A stretch of 59,173 nucleotides of DNA, counting the filler, from Bipalium vagum (lineage: Eukaryota), in NCBI GenBank assembly GCA_037834085.1. It is 3 parts of 3 records of this genome, joined end to end, with 100 filler letters (N's around TTAATTAATTAA, not from the genome) between each part and the next. Parts side by side here need not be neighbours in the genome. Positions count along the whole stretch, not along the records: positions 19,572 to 42,753 come from JBBMKC010212260.1; positions 42,854 to 59,173 come from JBBMKC010116477.1; 1 more part is not named here. One strand, given 5' to 3'. Shown here piece by piece: positions 40,973-54,400 of the stretch (the stretch's first letter is position 1; each line of letters starts with the position of its first letter). The translations under genes were made by a program, and so were the position numbers. The notes under the pieces were generated by a model. It did not search any database. It worked only from the letters and a program-made list of their open reading frames with translations, and was not told where the DNA came from.

Positions 40973-41399
40973 TATATATAGCTAAGTCAATTAATGACAA
41001 AGAGATTTTTTTTTAATTTTATTCCATTTTTTGTCAAATTCACTTATTTGCACAAAATAGCCAAATCCCAAAAATTGCAAATAAGAGAACATTTACTATA
41101 TTATTATATATTAAATTTTTAAATATTTCAAAATAACCTAAAATTCTTTAAAAAATTAATTTTTATATTACTCTCAAAATAAGTTTCAACCAATTATTGA
41201 GTAAAAAATGAGTTAATTTAAAATATGGTGACTGGCACTGAAATTGTCGTAAAATGTCAAATTACAATAATTAAAAATAAAAAATAATGATTCAAAACCA
41301 AATTGGTCTTTAATGGAAATTTAAAAACAATTATAGAAAATAAAAATTCGAAATTTTTCTGCATAACGAGAGTTAGAACATTTATTATCAGATCTTAAA

Positions 41400-41900
41400 T
41401 TAACTTTTCAAAATCCAAAAAGAAGGAAATGAATCCCATATAATCTTAGAAAATCTATGAGAAATCAAAATTTGACTTGTGTCTTCAGTTATCAATAGTC
41501 ACCGTAAAAAGATGTTTTTATGGAAAACTGTTACTTTCCATTATCGAAATCCGTTACGTAGGAATTCATAGGTAAACCATGGAGAACCATCAAGATTGTT
41601 TTTATGCCCAATCGTTTTGAACATAAAGTAATACATTGCATGCAGTGGGATATGAAGGAAGTGCGATATTACTAGCTGTTTGAACCTGGTGAAACAGTAA
41701 CAGCAACTATTCAAATTGAGTCAAAATCTGGAGGTAAAACAACCATATTCTGGTAAAGGAAAACTTCATGTTAAATTGTTTCATGACAACCCCTGTTTCA
41801 TATTGCTTCAAAGACTAAACACACAATAATGAAGCTTGGCTGGGAAATTGTGGAGAACCTAGCCTATTCATCAGAAATTGCCCCAATTTATTTAAAAAAT
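41400..41900 (+). mobile_element. Mariner catalytic-domain fragment
   Basis: LFHDNP, LGWEIVENLAYSSEIAP. Confidence 0.7.
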
Positions 41901-42616
41901 TAATAAAAATGAAAAAGAAACGACATCACCTGAAAAAAAATTAATGAAAAATATAATATATTGGACGTAAAAACATTGTACATTAAATTAACTATAAAAT
42001 ATAAGATGAAAATATTAGGAACATCAAATGAATAAAACATTGATTAGTACACGAAAAAGATAAAATGAACAAAATAAAAAAGTTAATGTAACTTTAATAA
42101 ATAAAAAAAATAAAAGTAACAATTTATTGAAGTTACATTAATGTTGAAAGTATTATTTATTAGTTTGAATATATAGATTTTGTATCATGACAAATTAGGT
42201 CCTAGTCTTAATCAATAGATATAATATTAAGAATAACTGGAAACTTACAATTAATGATATTCAAAATGTGCCATCAATTGCAAATTAAAACATTTTTACA
42301 TTAAAAAATATCTTGAAACTGTTCAAAATTGTATTGTAGAAAAACTTTATTAGCAAAAGAAATTATTTTTCTACACAATTATCGAGGAGGTTGTTAATAT
42401 TTATGAAATTTGATAATTAAGTCAAAATATTTATTTTTTAATGAAACTAATAATTGTTTTCATTATTTATTTAATAGGAACTTGATATTTGTGTTTGTAT
42501 ATTATTGATAATAAATTATGATCATTAGTCAAAAATAAGTTCATCCAGTATTTTTATCTTTCTGAAATTCTAACCTTTATCCGTTGACAGGAGTATATTT
42601 ATCCATTTTAGTTTCT

Positions 42617-42753
42617 ATTAGGTTGTCCCATATGAAATGTCCGATTACGTAATATACAATAAAAGCAATAAAAGTTCAATAAATTCAAATTTTATTTAAG
42701 GAAAATAATCACCATCGCATTCTACACATTTTTGCCATCTAGAAACTAGTTTG
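42617..42753. mobile_element. Mariner terminus cut by the scaffold end
   Basis: TA-TTAGGTTGTCCCATATGAAATG TIR-like sequence. Confidence 0.55.
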
Positions 42754-42853
42754 NNNNNNNNNNNNNNNNNNNNNNNNNNNNNNNNNNNNNNNNNNNNTTA
42801 ATTAATTAANNNNNNNNNNNNNNNNNNNNNNNNNNNNNNNNNNNNNNNNNNNN
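42754..42853. other. Artificial scaffold-joining linker (44 N + TTAATTAATTAA + 44 N)
   Basis: Same structure as 19472-19571. Confidence 0.95.
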
Positions 42854-43309
42854 TTATTATTATTATTATTACATACTCAGCGAATCTGAATGATATCGTA
42901 AACCGTGATAATCGAGCAATCACGAACATTGTGATAACAGCATCCATGGACCTAATGCTAAAAGCCTTACACCGTGGAATAATCCGCAAAGTTGATGACA
43001 GTAAAAACGCTTCACCAAATAATTATAGTGTGTGTGAACAAAGAAATAGAAAGGTTGATTGTCAAAGTTCATACAATTTGGAGGATATCTTCTAATAGTT
43101 TTATTACCAAAGGAAAAGGTTCCAATTTTGTCAATTGAAAGAAATGTGTTTGGTATGGGAATTAGTTCCCATCGTTTTGTTATAGATTAATTATTATAAA
43201 AATAAAACTAAAAAGTAATTCATCTATAAGATATCAATATTTAGTATTTGTTTTAATTGATTAAGTAGTTTACTTATTTAAGCGAAAATGCAAAATCATA
43301 GAGCAAAAA

Positions 43310-43750
43310 AACAACATTTGCGGAAATCATTATTGTTTTGCTATAATTTAAAGATCAGCATTCGAATCCCATAGATTAATAACAAAAGCTTACTATGAGT
43401 ATGCCCTGTCTGAACCAACATGTCGAGAATGATATTGACGATTGAAGACAGGTGAGTTTAGCGTCGAAGATAAAGAACGTCCAGGTCAACCAAAGCAGTT
43501 CGAAGATTATGATTTAAGAGGAATTATCAGAGAAGAATAAGGACAAACATTTGAAGAGATAGCGTAGTCATTGAATGTTAACAGGTCATCTGTTGGTTAG
43601 CAGATGCACGCAGTGGAAATGATCAAAAAATATGGAAATGGATACCATATGATTTGACCGAAAGGCAGCGAGAAAATCCAAAAATGTTTACGAAATAATA
43701 CTTACAATGCACTCAGTTTTGCATCGAATTATAACTGGTGATGGAAAACT
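43310..43750 (+). mobile_element. Mariner N-terminal fragment
   Basis: GEFSVEDKERPGQPKQFED, WIPYDLTE, LHRIITGDGK. Confidence 0.75.
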
Positions 43751-45479
43751 TCGTGATGAAAAATGATATTTTGCTTTAATAAGTCTTCATATACAAATCT
43801 TTTCATTTGATTGATTAAATAGATTAAATAATGATAGGATTCATTGGTTTAATTTCCTAAGGTAATCGATTATTAAAATAATTTTTGAATCTTAGAAAAG
43901 GGTTTCCATAACCTTCCCAAGTGATTTGTCTCTTTACCACCTTCGAAAAATAGCACACAAAGTCTGTCAAACGCAACCGTTCTTGTTCTAAATTATGACT
44001 ATCATAATCGAAAACATTGATCATCGACAGTTTTTAACGGAAAATTCGTTTTGCTTTCGTTTTTAATGGATTGCTCAGAAATGTAATAATACATTTTTCA
44101 TATGTAATTCGTGTTTCAAAAATTACCGTACACGTTCTTCAGAAATTTCTTGGTATGTTTTATGTCACGAGTATATATCTAGTGCTCCACCAACAATATC
44201 ATGGATATCATCAAAAATCCTTAATATGGGTACACTTTTTGGTCCGATTTACCACCATATTTGAATGCAGCAACTTAAAATTTCACCTACACACAATTAC
44301 CATACCAATGTGAATTTCCCTCAACGGTAATCCTTTTATAAATCAGTACTCAATACCAGCAAGACTTTTGAAATTTTGCATTCTAAAAGTGTAAACAAGT
44401 TGACATGTATTTAAACCGATATTCGACTTATAGATTTATTGGAAATTTAACAGATATACTTATGACAGATGGATTATTTCATTAAACAAGATATTTTCAG
44501 ATATTAATATCTTCAAAGAAATTTCAAGTAATCAATAATTTTTAAAACATCCAATTTAATATAAAAATATTATTTTAAATTTTTGATAAAAATTAAAACA
44601 AAAAATATAAAAATATTTTTTTCTATTTTTGTCCAACAACAAATGCTTCGCTCTATCTTTACCATCAATTAATATCAATTAATTAAAAATATTACAGTCA
44701 TTATTTGTTTTAATTAATTACTTTGATTTATTAAATTTAATGATTTATCAGAAATCGATGAAAAAGCTATTTTGATATTATTCGTTAAAATATTTTTCTT
44801 CGTAAAATCCAAATAATTATTTATTTTTGTGAAATATTTTCGATAATATTTTTAAATATTTATTTTGATGGAATTTTAATTAATTAATTTAATTCTCAAA
44901 ATTTATCTATCCATGATTGGTGCGTGTTGTTCTAATGAGAGACATTGGAGGAATTGGGGAAAATGGTCTAAATTCGTTGTACGCTTGTTCTATAATACAT
45001 TTCATATTTTCCTCTTTACTAAGAAATTTAATAAATAAATAATATTAATAAAGGCCGATGAAAGTGGAATGAATGTCTCGGTAACGTTGTGACATAAAAA
45101 CCGAAAGGGGATGAGAAAATATTAAGTATTTTAAATAAATAATTATTTTTTTATTATTATGAGTCAAGAAAGAAATAACGCAGAATATCATATGACGCTT
45201 TAAGACATTTTTATGTTTTTGTTTTACTAAGCGATTAAGCATTGGTTAGTAAAACAAATATACATTTGAGAGGAATTGGGAAAGTATTAGACGAACGTAG
45301 ATTCTGATTATTAGTAAATTTATTTGATCGGGAGGAAAGTGGCACGACGTCTCTGCGGGGAGGTGTGCATTTTATACTGTTTTAATACTGTTGATAATGG
45401 TTTTTACTTTTCTCTTTATTGAAGATCGTAAATCAATTGAGTCGAAAATGAGAGGAAATAGGCAGTCGAAATGTGAAAG

Positions 45480-45760
45480 CTGGTGAGTAATATGGCCACA
45501 TCCGGAAGCAGGTCTTAATATGATGCTAGAAATGCTAGAAAGGCTGTTGGACCATCAACTATCAAAATCGATCTGTAGGGAGCCGCTTGAAAAACCACAT
45601 TCATCCATGAATGTCACACGAGGTCGGAGGTGAGGTTTGATTGTCTCCTACACCTTATCATCAGATGATACCGGATAATGGTGGATCAATACTTTCTGAT
45701 AATAGACTATGAGCTGATTCATATTCCAGGGAAAATTCTTAACAACCGGATGAGATGCCA
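45480..45760 (+). mobile_element. Gypsy RNase H relic
   Basis: DHQL and WINT..DYELIHIPGK remnants. Confidence 0.45.
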
Positions 45761-46049
45761 TGTGCTTAAATCTCATTCTCAAGCTGGTCTGGACCGACTA
45801 AAAATTAACCAAGGAACTGGGTTAAATGCCAATTTCGGCACAGATTTATTCATTTGTAGAAGATCAAATATGGTTGATCTCCATTGGTTTAGTAACCCGT
45901 TGTCCTCACCGGTGGTATGCCAATGTTAGCCTGTACCTGATGAGTACGCAAATGAGAAAGTTGCAAAATCAAAAATAGAAAACAAGCAGCAAAATATCAG
46001 AAACCAATCAACACAAAGAAAGACTACTTTTACGAAGTTTTATAGTGTG

Positions 46050-46820
46050 ATCATGCTTATAATTCGTAAAGTGTTTATTAAAAATCTTGAAAGTAGGTCA
46101 AAGGATAAAGACGTTTAAGGGTGAATGTTACTGAAGAGTTTTCGATTGTGATAAAAACGGAGATCGCCTACGTAAATGACCTTCATTAGAAAATTGATTT
46201 CATGAAAGACCATTTTATAGAATTGCATAACGATTGGTTTATAAGGTATCTGTTTTAAGCGACCTATTAGACTTATTATTTTCCATAGTTATAAAGTAAA
46301 GTTTTCTACTAATAAGCCGCCCCTCTGTGTTAAGTCAATTTTGAAAAGTTTTTTCTTATACGTCACGACTAATAAGGGAAAATCGGGAGATATGCTAAAG
46401 GTGTTGGATAAGTGACACACAAGGTATGAAGAACAGGTAAAGCTACAAGTGTCAATAAAATAGTCAGATGTCTACAATATCAATGTAACACTAAATAAAC
46501 AAAAGGAAAGAAAAACCTTGCTTCCATTGGAGTTCATATCAGTATTATGAGTCGGTGCTCACGTTTATCCTAAGTAATTCTTGAAAAACTATTTCAAGGA
46601 GAACAATCTTCATACTTTAAATACTGAGATCACTAATACGAGCGACAGGGAATTACTGGGTTGGTGGGTACATTATTCCATTCTCTATACGTAAGGGTAT
46701 TAAATTCAGTTCTTGACGAAGACTCCGCTAATCTAGAGCATCTATGTGAGAGGGATTATGCTGGTAACTCAGAGGCGCAGACATACCATTATAGGGAACA
46801 CAAAAATACTTAACTAAACA
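46050..46820 (+). mobile_element. Decayed Penelope-like element (RT C-terminus + GIY-YIG)
   Basis: Frameshifted remnants AYVNDL, GKIGRYAKGVG, VYNIN, EDSANLEHLCE, REHKN..N. Confidence 0.4.
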
Positions 46821-47699
46821 AATGTGAATTTAAACAAATGAGAATTTAAACAAATGAAATTTTTGAACTTCTTAAGAACGAAACGAATTTATTTAATAGC
46901 CGAATGCATTATCAAAATTGAATACTTCATTAAAACAAAAAATAGCAAAAAATAACCAAGACGACATGAAAATACCCATTTCTCTCCATAATGATGATAC
47001 TTCTTTCTCCAAAGACTGGTATTATCGTAAGACAATATTAAAACAAACAATTCTAATTTGGTAATCATAAAAAAATATGCAAAGTATTTTGCTGATGATT
47101 AAAACAAAGAAGTCTGCGTCAATTGAAAGCCGGTCGGAAGAACAAAACCAAACTGGAATGGTTGCTCCTTTTATTTCCTCTCGATAAATTAATTTTCTTA
47201 ATGCTCCACGAAGTTTAATTATTAAATTTGGGTATGATTTGCGAAGTGCGCTGATTGATACGGAACGAAGTCTTTTGGGAGGGGGCGCGGCTTTTGGATA
47301 AAATAATGAATACGTTTAAACAAATATTTTAATGCAAATAAACTAAGTATTATCGGAACGTAATTCATCTCTGACAAAGTTTCATTCTCTTTGGTGAATA
47401 ATGAAAGTCAACTTGAAATAAATAAAATTTGATAATAATAATAATATTATTATTAATTTATTTAAAATTATTTATTGTCAAAACAATTTTGTCTGGAAAA
47501 ATAATTGAATATTATTGGTTAAAAGAACTTTAACTACCTTTTTTCGAATTAAATAAGTAAATAAATAAAATTAAATATATTTGATTAATAAATATATATA
47601 AATTTTATTTAAGTGATGATTTTTTTCGTCACAGTTTGAAATATTATTGATTTAAGTATTGATCAATGTCAATCAATTTATTGACAAAATTATATGAAT

Positions 47700-47900
47700 T
47701 GAAGTATGACTTGCAGGACCATCCTTTCTAATCACCTGATTTGTCTGTATCAGACTTCTTTCTCTTCCAAATTTGTTCCGATTTGGAATGCGTTTTCGTG
47801 ACATTCAAGACGCAATTGGTAATTTCGATAGATATTTTTCAAGCTTCGATGAAAGTCATTACAGATAAGCTATCCAATTGTGTTGAGCAAAACTGAGATT
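47700..47900 (+). mobile_element. Mariner C-terminal fragment
   Basis: HPF*SPDLSVSDFFLF. Confidence 0.6.
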
Positions 47901-48640
47901 CGTAGAAAAATAGTTTAATGTTTGAACTATAGACGTTGTTTTATTCTTTTCATTTTCAAATATTTTCAAACCACTATCGTATATCAAACTTAATATTGAT
48001 AAATTTATCAATAAAATTTAATCATTTGTTTTGTATTCTTGGATTTTAAAAAATAAATATAAATATAAATAATTTTTAATAAAATAATAAATAATAAACA
48101 TTTTAATAAAGAATGTAAATAATAATAATAATAATATAATGATAATAATATAATGATAATAATATAATGATAATGAAATATATGATATTAAAAATAATAA
48201 TAAATCTTTTATTGATCTTATCTCTTGTCTGTTTTTGAGTTCCAAGCCGTCTTCCAGCGGTTTTTATTTTGAAATTGTTACATTATATTTTTAATTTATT
48301 GAAGGTAGGGGGTACATTGATGTCAACAAATATCATCATTTCATTGAGATTGTAACATATAACAGAACAAGACATTGAAAAATATTTACTTCAAAAAAAA
48401 TTATCAATAAAGTTAAACAAATATATTAATTTATTTATAATTTATTGATAAAAAGAAAATCAATATCGATTGATATTTTGACCTAAATTCATTTTATTGA
48501 GATCAAATCTATTGAGAGTGATATAAAACTTTAATTAATCTCTCTAAATGAAATCTCGATTTCGAGCACAGATTTTCGATCCACTTAAACCGATTTCATT
48601 GGATATTTTAATCTTAATTATTTAACACTTTCTGCATGAC

Positions 48641-48654
48641 ATCTCCATGGAAAC
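48641..48654. promoter_or_regulatory. Intronic X-box-like motif in rootletin intron 10
   Basis: ATCTCC-AT-GGAAAC fits the RTHNYY-WT-RRNRAC X-box consensus. Confidence 0.45.
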
Positions 48655-48785
48655 AAAATAATTAAAGATTTTACAAATTTCTTTTTCCGTTTTAAATTAC
48701 GGGAAAAAACTGAAAAATGTTGCAAGATGAAATGAAAAAAAATTTAATCAAAATAAAATAATAATTACAATAATGAAAAACTAAC

Positions 48786-51441
48786 CATTTTTCCTCGAAT
48801 TGCGATTTGAAAGCCTTCAACTCACTGGACAAACCGGAAATGTTCATTTTGTCTTGTTCTTGACGATTGAATGATTCCTGTTTCCACCGCTCATATTCCG
48901 ATTCCACGGATTGCAGTTCGAACTGAGTCTTAATCAGCTTTTCGTTCAGTGCACATTTTTCCTGTTCCAACATGCTAAGACATTGCTGCTTGTCGTTCTC
49001 GGCGATCAACAGAGAATCGTCTCGTTCTCTTTGAATGGTCATTATTTCCTGAGCCAGTTCTTCCTTTTCTCTTTCGTACGTTCCGATCAAATCGTCGCGT
49101 TCCATATTGAAACGGTGGATCAGTTCTTCTCGTTGATTTTCCGAGCTTTGTCGTATGCTCTCGTTTGTTTTGCTCAGCCGATCGACATCTTCCGAATGAG
49201 AATCTCTTTCCTGTTGCAGTGCCAATTTGTATTCGCTTTCGATCCGTTGACATTTCGAATTGAGCTGATCTCGGGAATGGATCAGCTTCTCGTACTCGAT
49301 TTGGAATTCTCTTCGCAACCGACCCAATTCGCCTAATCGAAACGCAACTCAATGGTGGGAAAATGTGAAAACAAATAGGAAAGGTATTAGAAGAGGAACT
49401 TAATTATTTCTGCAAAATGTTTTTTTCTTCTTTTCATTATTACTTATTTTTTTTTAAATGGATTAGGAAACACGGCTGATTAATAATAATATTTATATAT
49501 TATTATTAATAATAATATTCAATTTTTTCTATTTTTAATATTATTATTAACACATGAAATATTCTTAAAAAATAGCAACAATGCGAAAATTAGGAAAATG
49601 ACATTAATCAATAATATTAATATAAAATTATTATTAATAAAAAATTATTATTATTAATAAAAAATTATTATTAATAAAAAAATTAATTAAAAAAACTTTT
49701 AAAAAAATATAAAATAATGATACATAAAAAATAATATATAAATATTAATTTTATATAAATTTAAGCAATAATAATAATTTTAAAAATAATAAAATAATAA
49801 ATAAATAAAAATATAAAAATTAATAAAAAAAATAAGAAAATTAAAAATAATTAATGAATTAAAAAATAAAAAATTGAAAATGATAAAAAATTATTATCAA
49901 TACTGTCATTAGAAAAAGCAAATTGAACATAAATGATCACCGTTCAGGTTCTCCTTCTTGATGAGCAGCTCCTGGTTCTCTCCCTCCAGCTGTTCTTTTC
50001 TGGTTTCCAATTGAATAATTAATTGCTGAGCTTCGTACAGGGTCGTTTCGAGCTGTTCTCGGTCCGTGTTTAGAGACGCAATGACTTCGGACTGTTGACG
50101 ATTTTCTCTTTCACAAGCCGTGACCTGGACGACCAATTCACCTTTGTCTTTGGTCAGATCCTCCTTCTCCTTTGACAACCGATTGGCTATGTTGGCGATT
50201 CGTTCCAACTCTCTTCGACATTGCAATAATTCTTCGGCCAGAGCTGATTTCTGTCTCTGGAAACATCCCATCTAAAAAGGAAAATTAATGATATATTTTT
50301 GAATTAATAAAATAATGATAATAATAATAATCAATACCTGCTCGGTCAGTTCCAGCTTGTCTCTGTTCAGCTCTGACAACTCCATCTCCAATTTTTCCAA
50401 GGTGATTTCCAAATTCTCGATGGCCTGTCGTTGGGCGGCCTTTTCATTAGACAATGTCAGATTATCTTGTTCAGAACGTATCAGCTCTTCCTTCAAGCCA
50501 TTCTTTTCTTGTTCCAAACATCTTTTGTCATTCATCAGACAGCTCCTGTCGTGTTCCAGCGACTTGATGGCCCTGTGCATCTCGGTCTTTTTATCACACA
50601 ACTCTTCGACATCTGCTGTCAGCTTGGAAATGGTCTCTTCCATATTGGCCTCAGCCGTTTGACGTTTATTGATTTCTATTTCCAGTTCTGCTTTGGAAAT
50701 CTCACATCGACTGAGAGCATCACAAACCTCGTCCTTTTCTTGGGTCAACACCTCCTTTTCCAACTGATATTTGTTCACGGCTTCTTTGTAGTTTATCATG
50801 TCTTCTTTAAATCGACTGACCTTGTCTTCCAAAGTCTCAATACATCGTTGGCATCTTTCGTTTTCCTTCAGCTGTCTTTCAAGATCTTTTTTCGTATCTT
50901 CCTGTTCATCCTCTAACACCTCTCTGAAACGTTGCAAATCATGGTTGACGGATTTGAGCCGTTCAATTTCGGTAATGTGCTGATCGATCTGCTCGTTCAA
51001 AGAAGCTCTAACCTTTTCCAACTGGTTTCTTTCATTTGTAGTTATATTCAAAGAATTCTTGAAGCGCTCCGCTTCTCGGGAACTGTCGTCCTTTTCTCGA
51101 CGTAACGATTCCAATTCATCTCTCAAGTTCAGGACTTGGGTCTCTAATCGTCGACGTTCGTTGTCGTTATCATCGATTTGCTTCTTCAGACTGCCACAGT
51201 TATCCTTGCACATGTTCAGCTTCGATTTCAATTCTTGAATCTAAAGATCGTTTCAAATTTGCAAATAAATAAATATCGAAAAGCAAATCTATTTTTCATT
51301 TTTATAAACGAAACGAAAAAGAAACCCTTGGTCACATTGTGGAAAGAAGACTACCAGGACAGAAAAAAGAGAAAATAATGATTGTCAAGGATTCAAACAA
51401 AAACTATAATAAGAACTCCTGTTAGGCGTTTCATAAAAAAA

Positions 51442-51476
<35 letters not shown>

Positions 51477-54400
51477 TAAAAATAATTTGGTCTTTTGTCA
51501 TTGTTTGTTGACATTCAGAGACGGTAAATGTCAAAAGGCGAAAAAGGAAAGTACAGAACCCCTGACAGCTGAATGTCTATTGTCAATTGGCAAAGCGGGG
51601 AAGTGGGAAATTATTATATTTCAGTCAAATCTCTATCATAATTGTCCATTTCATAAATATTATCAATTGTTAAATTATATATTAAAATATATATTTACTA
51701 TTTTTATATAAAAAATTATATTAAAAATATTGGAGCTTTTCCCCGATAAAATGTTTCATTATTTCATTTTAAAAATGTCAAATTATCGTTAAAATTGACA
51801 AAAACAGTTTTGTTTAAATAAGGAATGCAATCAGAGATTATTTAATTTTACAATCAAAATTTAAATGATCACAATATCCAATAGAAAAAAATTTTTAAAA
51901 AATTAAAATAATTTTTAAAAAATCGATATTTAAGTAAAATTAATAAAAGTTCAATTTAAATCAATCAATAAATAAATCAATAAATTTTAAAATAATTAAA
52001 ATTATAATTTGATAATGGTGAAATTGAGAAAATTATGGACGAAAACGGTGAAGGATTTCGACAGACCATAAGCACCATCGAAAACCAATGGCAGAGCCAT
52101 GCGGATGAGTGCATGTGGCTGGTTTTCGTTGGTTGCTCAAAACTGAAAGTAGGTCAAATACAAAATAATGACTTAGTTTTGGTATCGTAGTTACGTGTCG
52201 GATAAAAATTATTGGTGCTGCATTGGAAGGTTCTTTTAATGTAGATTTTCTTTTTCAAAAAGTGATTTTTCTAGAAAAGGAGACATGATACGAGAAAACT
52301 GAGATTATATCTGGAATATAAGCTCAAAAACCGTCTATGGTTAGATACCTGTCATTTCGAAAAACATTTTAAAGTGTTAAAAAACCCTGGGAAGTGTAAT
52401 TTTTTAATGTTCCAATTCTTAGAGGCAAAATAAATAATAAAATTTTCAGCTTGACATTAATTGCTAAAATAATAATATGATAATATAACTGGTAACAGAA
52501 AATAACTACTTAAATAATACTTAATACTTGTAAATACTTAAAAACAATAATATAATAAATAATAATAATTTAAAATAAAAAACATTAAAAATATCATAAA
52601 AAATTTAAATAAATAAATAAGTAATTTAAAATATTATAATACCTAAAAAAATAATAAAATTAATAATAAAATGAATTTCACAAAAATTTTAACCATAAAA
52701 ATATAATTCAAATATTATTTAAATAGCCAAAAGTACCTGAAGAGACTTTTTGTTCAAAGCCGACTGAACGGCGGCAAAAGTTGCATCACCGAAACTGGAA
52801 TACTTGAGATCCTTGTTACCAGGACTGACACTTCGATTTCTACGAGGACTGGGTGACCGATTCGGTCTTTTCATGGAATCAAAGCCCGAGTCTTCATAAG
52901 CCAAATGATCGGAATCATTCATGACCGATTGGGAAATGTTCCTTAGAGCCTGGTGCATACTTTCAGTATCTTCTATCAGAATTCGAGTAGCCTTGTCTTC
53001 CATGTTCAGTTCTGAATTGGGAAAATAGAGTAAAGTTACAATCACATTTTTCAATTAATACAAAGGACAAAGCACACAAAAAACGTAGGCCAACCTCCGG
53101 CAGTGTCGCCATTTTTAATTCTTTGCAGAGCGGTCAAAGCCCGATCCTTGTCTTGGGTTTGCATTCGTAATCTCTCGTTGAGATTTGACAACTCCTTTAT
53201 TTTATGTTGATAATCAGCAATTTCCGTTTCGAACTGACTCCGCATTTCGGACATTTCCAATGTCTTTTCTCGCAGTTGACTTTCCACATTCAGTCGATCT
53301 CGACTTTCACGCTCGACGTTTAGCTGGACCAAATTTAAATTTAAAAACAATGCCAAATTAGTGAAATTAAATTAATTTAGCAACAGAGAAAGAATTAATC
53401 TCACGTAAATCTCATTCTCATAATTGCTAACATAAATAAATCTTGTTAAGTAAAATACGCAACATACGTGCACACAAATACTTTTTAAGTAACCTTCAAA
53501 AATTCAATAGAAAAAAAGCTGTAGAAAAAGAAGTAATATCAATAAAAACTAAAACGAAAAATTATTTAAAAATCAAAACACCAACGTTTAATCTCTTCGG
53601 CTATTCGCAATTAAGTAAAATTAGTAAAGTTTTCGATCATGCAAATCTGATTGGCACAACTTTCAACATGGCAAATTTAACTTGCCCATGATAAATCAGA
53701 GTTAATAATGATGAAAGAAAATTTTGAGTCATTATTTTTTAAAAGGTCTCCTTTTGAGAAAAATTAAAAAATATTAATTTTAAATATTGTATTGTAAATT
53801 TACTGTAATAGAATTTTAATTAAATCAATAAGTAAATAATTACATTTTATAATTAAATTAAATCAATATGAATAAAAATTTTTGATTTCTGTTATCAGAA
53901 AATATAAGGAATAAAACTTATTGAATTTGAAACTATTGATATTCATATGTTGATCATTTTCGCGATATTGATAATTAAAAATTATAATTTTATTATAAAA
54001 CAATGACAACCAAATTTAATGCCTTCAATTTTTATGTATGAAATATTACGAAAACTGATTTATATTGAAAAAAGAGATCACGAAAAGGTAAATAAAATAA
54101 TAGTATAACAATACAAAAGTATAACGATACTTGTTGTTTAGATTCCATTGATTTCAGATTGCAGGCAAGATTGGAACAGGCCGTCTGTAGACATCGGGCT
54201 TGTCTGTTGAACTCGTTTTTCAGGCCGTTCAGTTCTCTTTCACTGGAGTTTTTCAGATCCGTAAATTGACGACGGAAATTGTTTGCAATGCGTTGCAGGC
54301 TCTGCAAATTTGCTTGTCCCGTTGACAGGAAATCATTGTAGGACATTTCTTCCTTTTGCCACATTCTCTCTTTCTGGTCCAGCTCTTCTCTTGACCTTTG

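Noticed and set aside
48692-48785. Hydrophobic C-terminal tail on the rootletin ORF, suggesting a membrane anchor
   Set aside because: It is read-through past a good GTTAGT donor into T-rich intron. Several other exons show the same artefact.
48911-50983. Long + strand and alternate-frame ORFs overlapping rootletin
   Set aside because: These are antisense or frame shadows of coiled-coil coding exons with no recognisable motifs.
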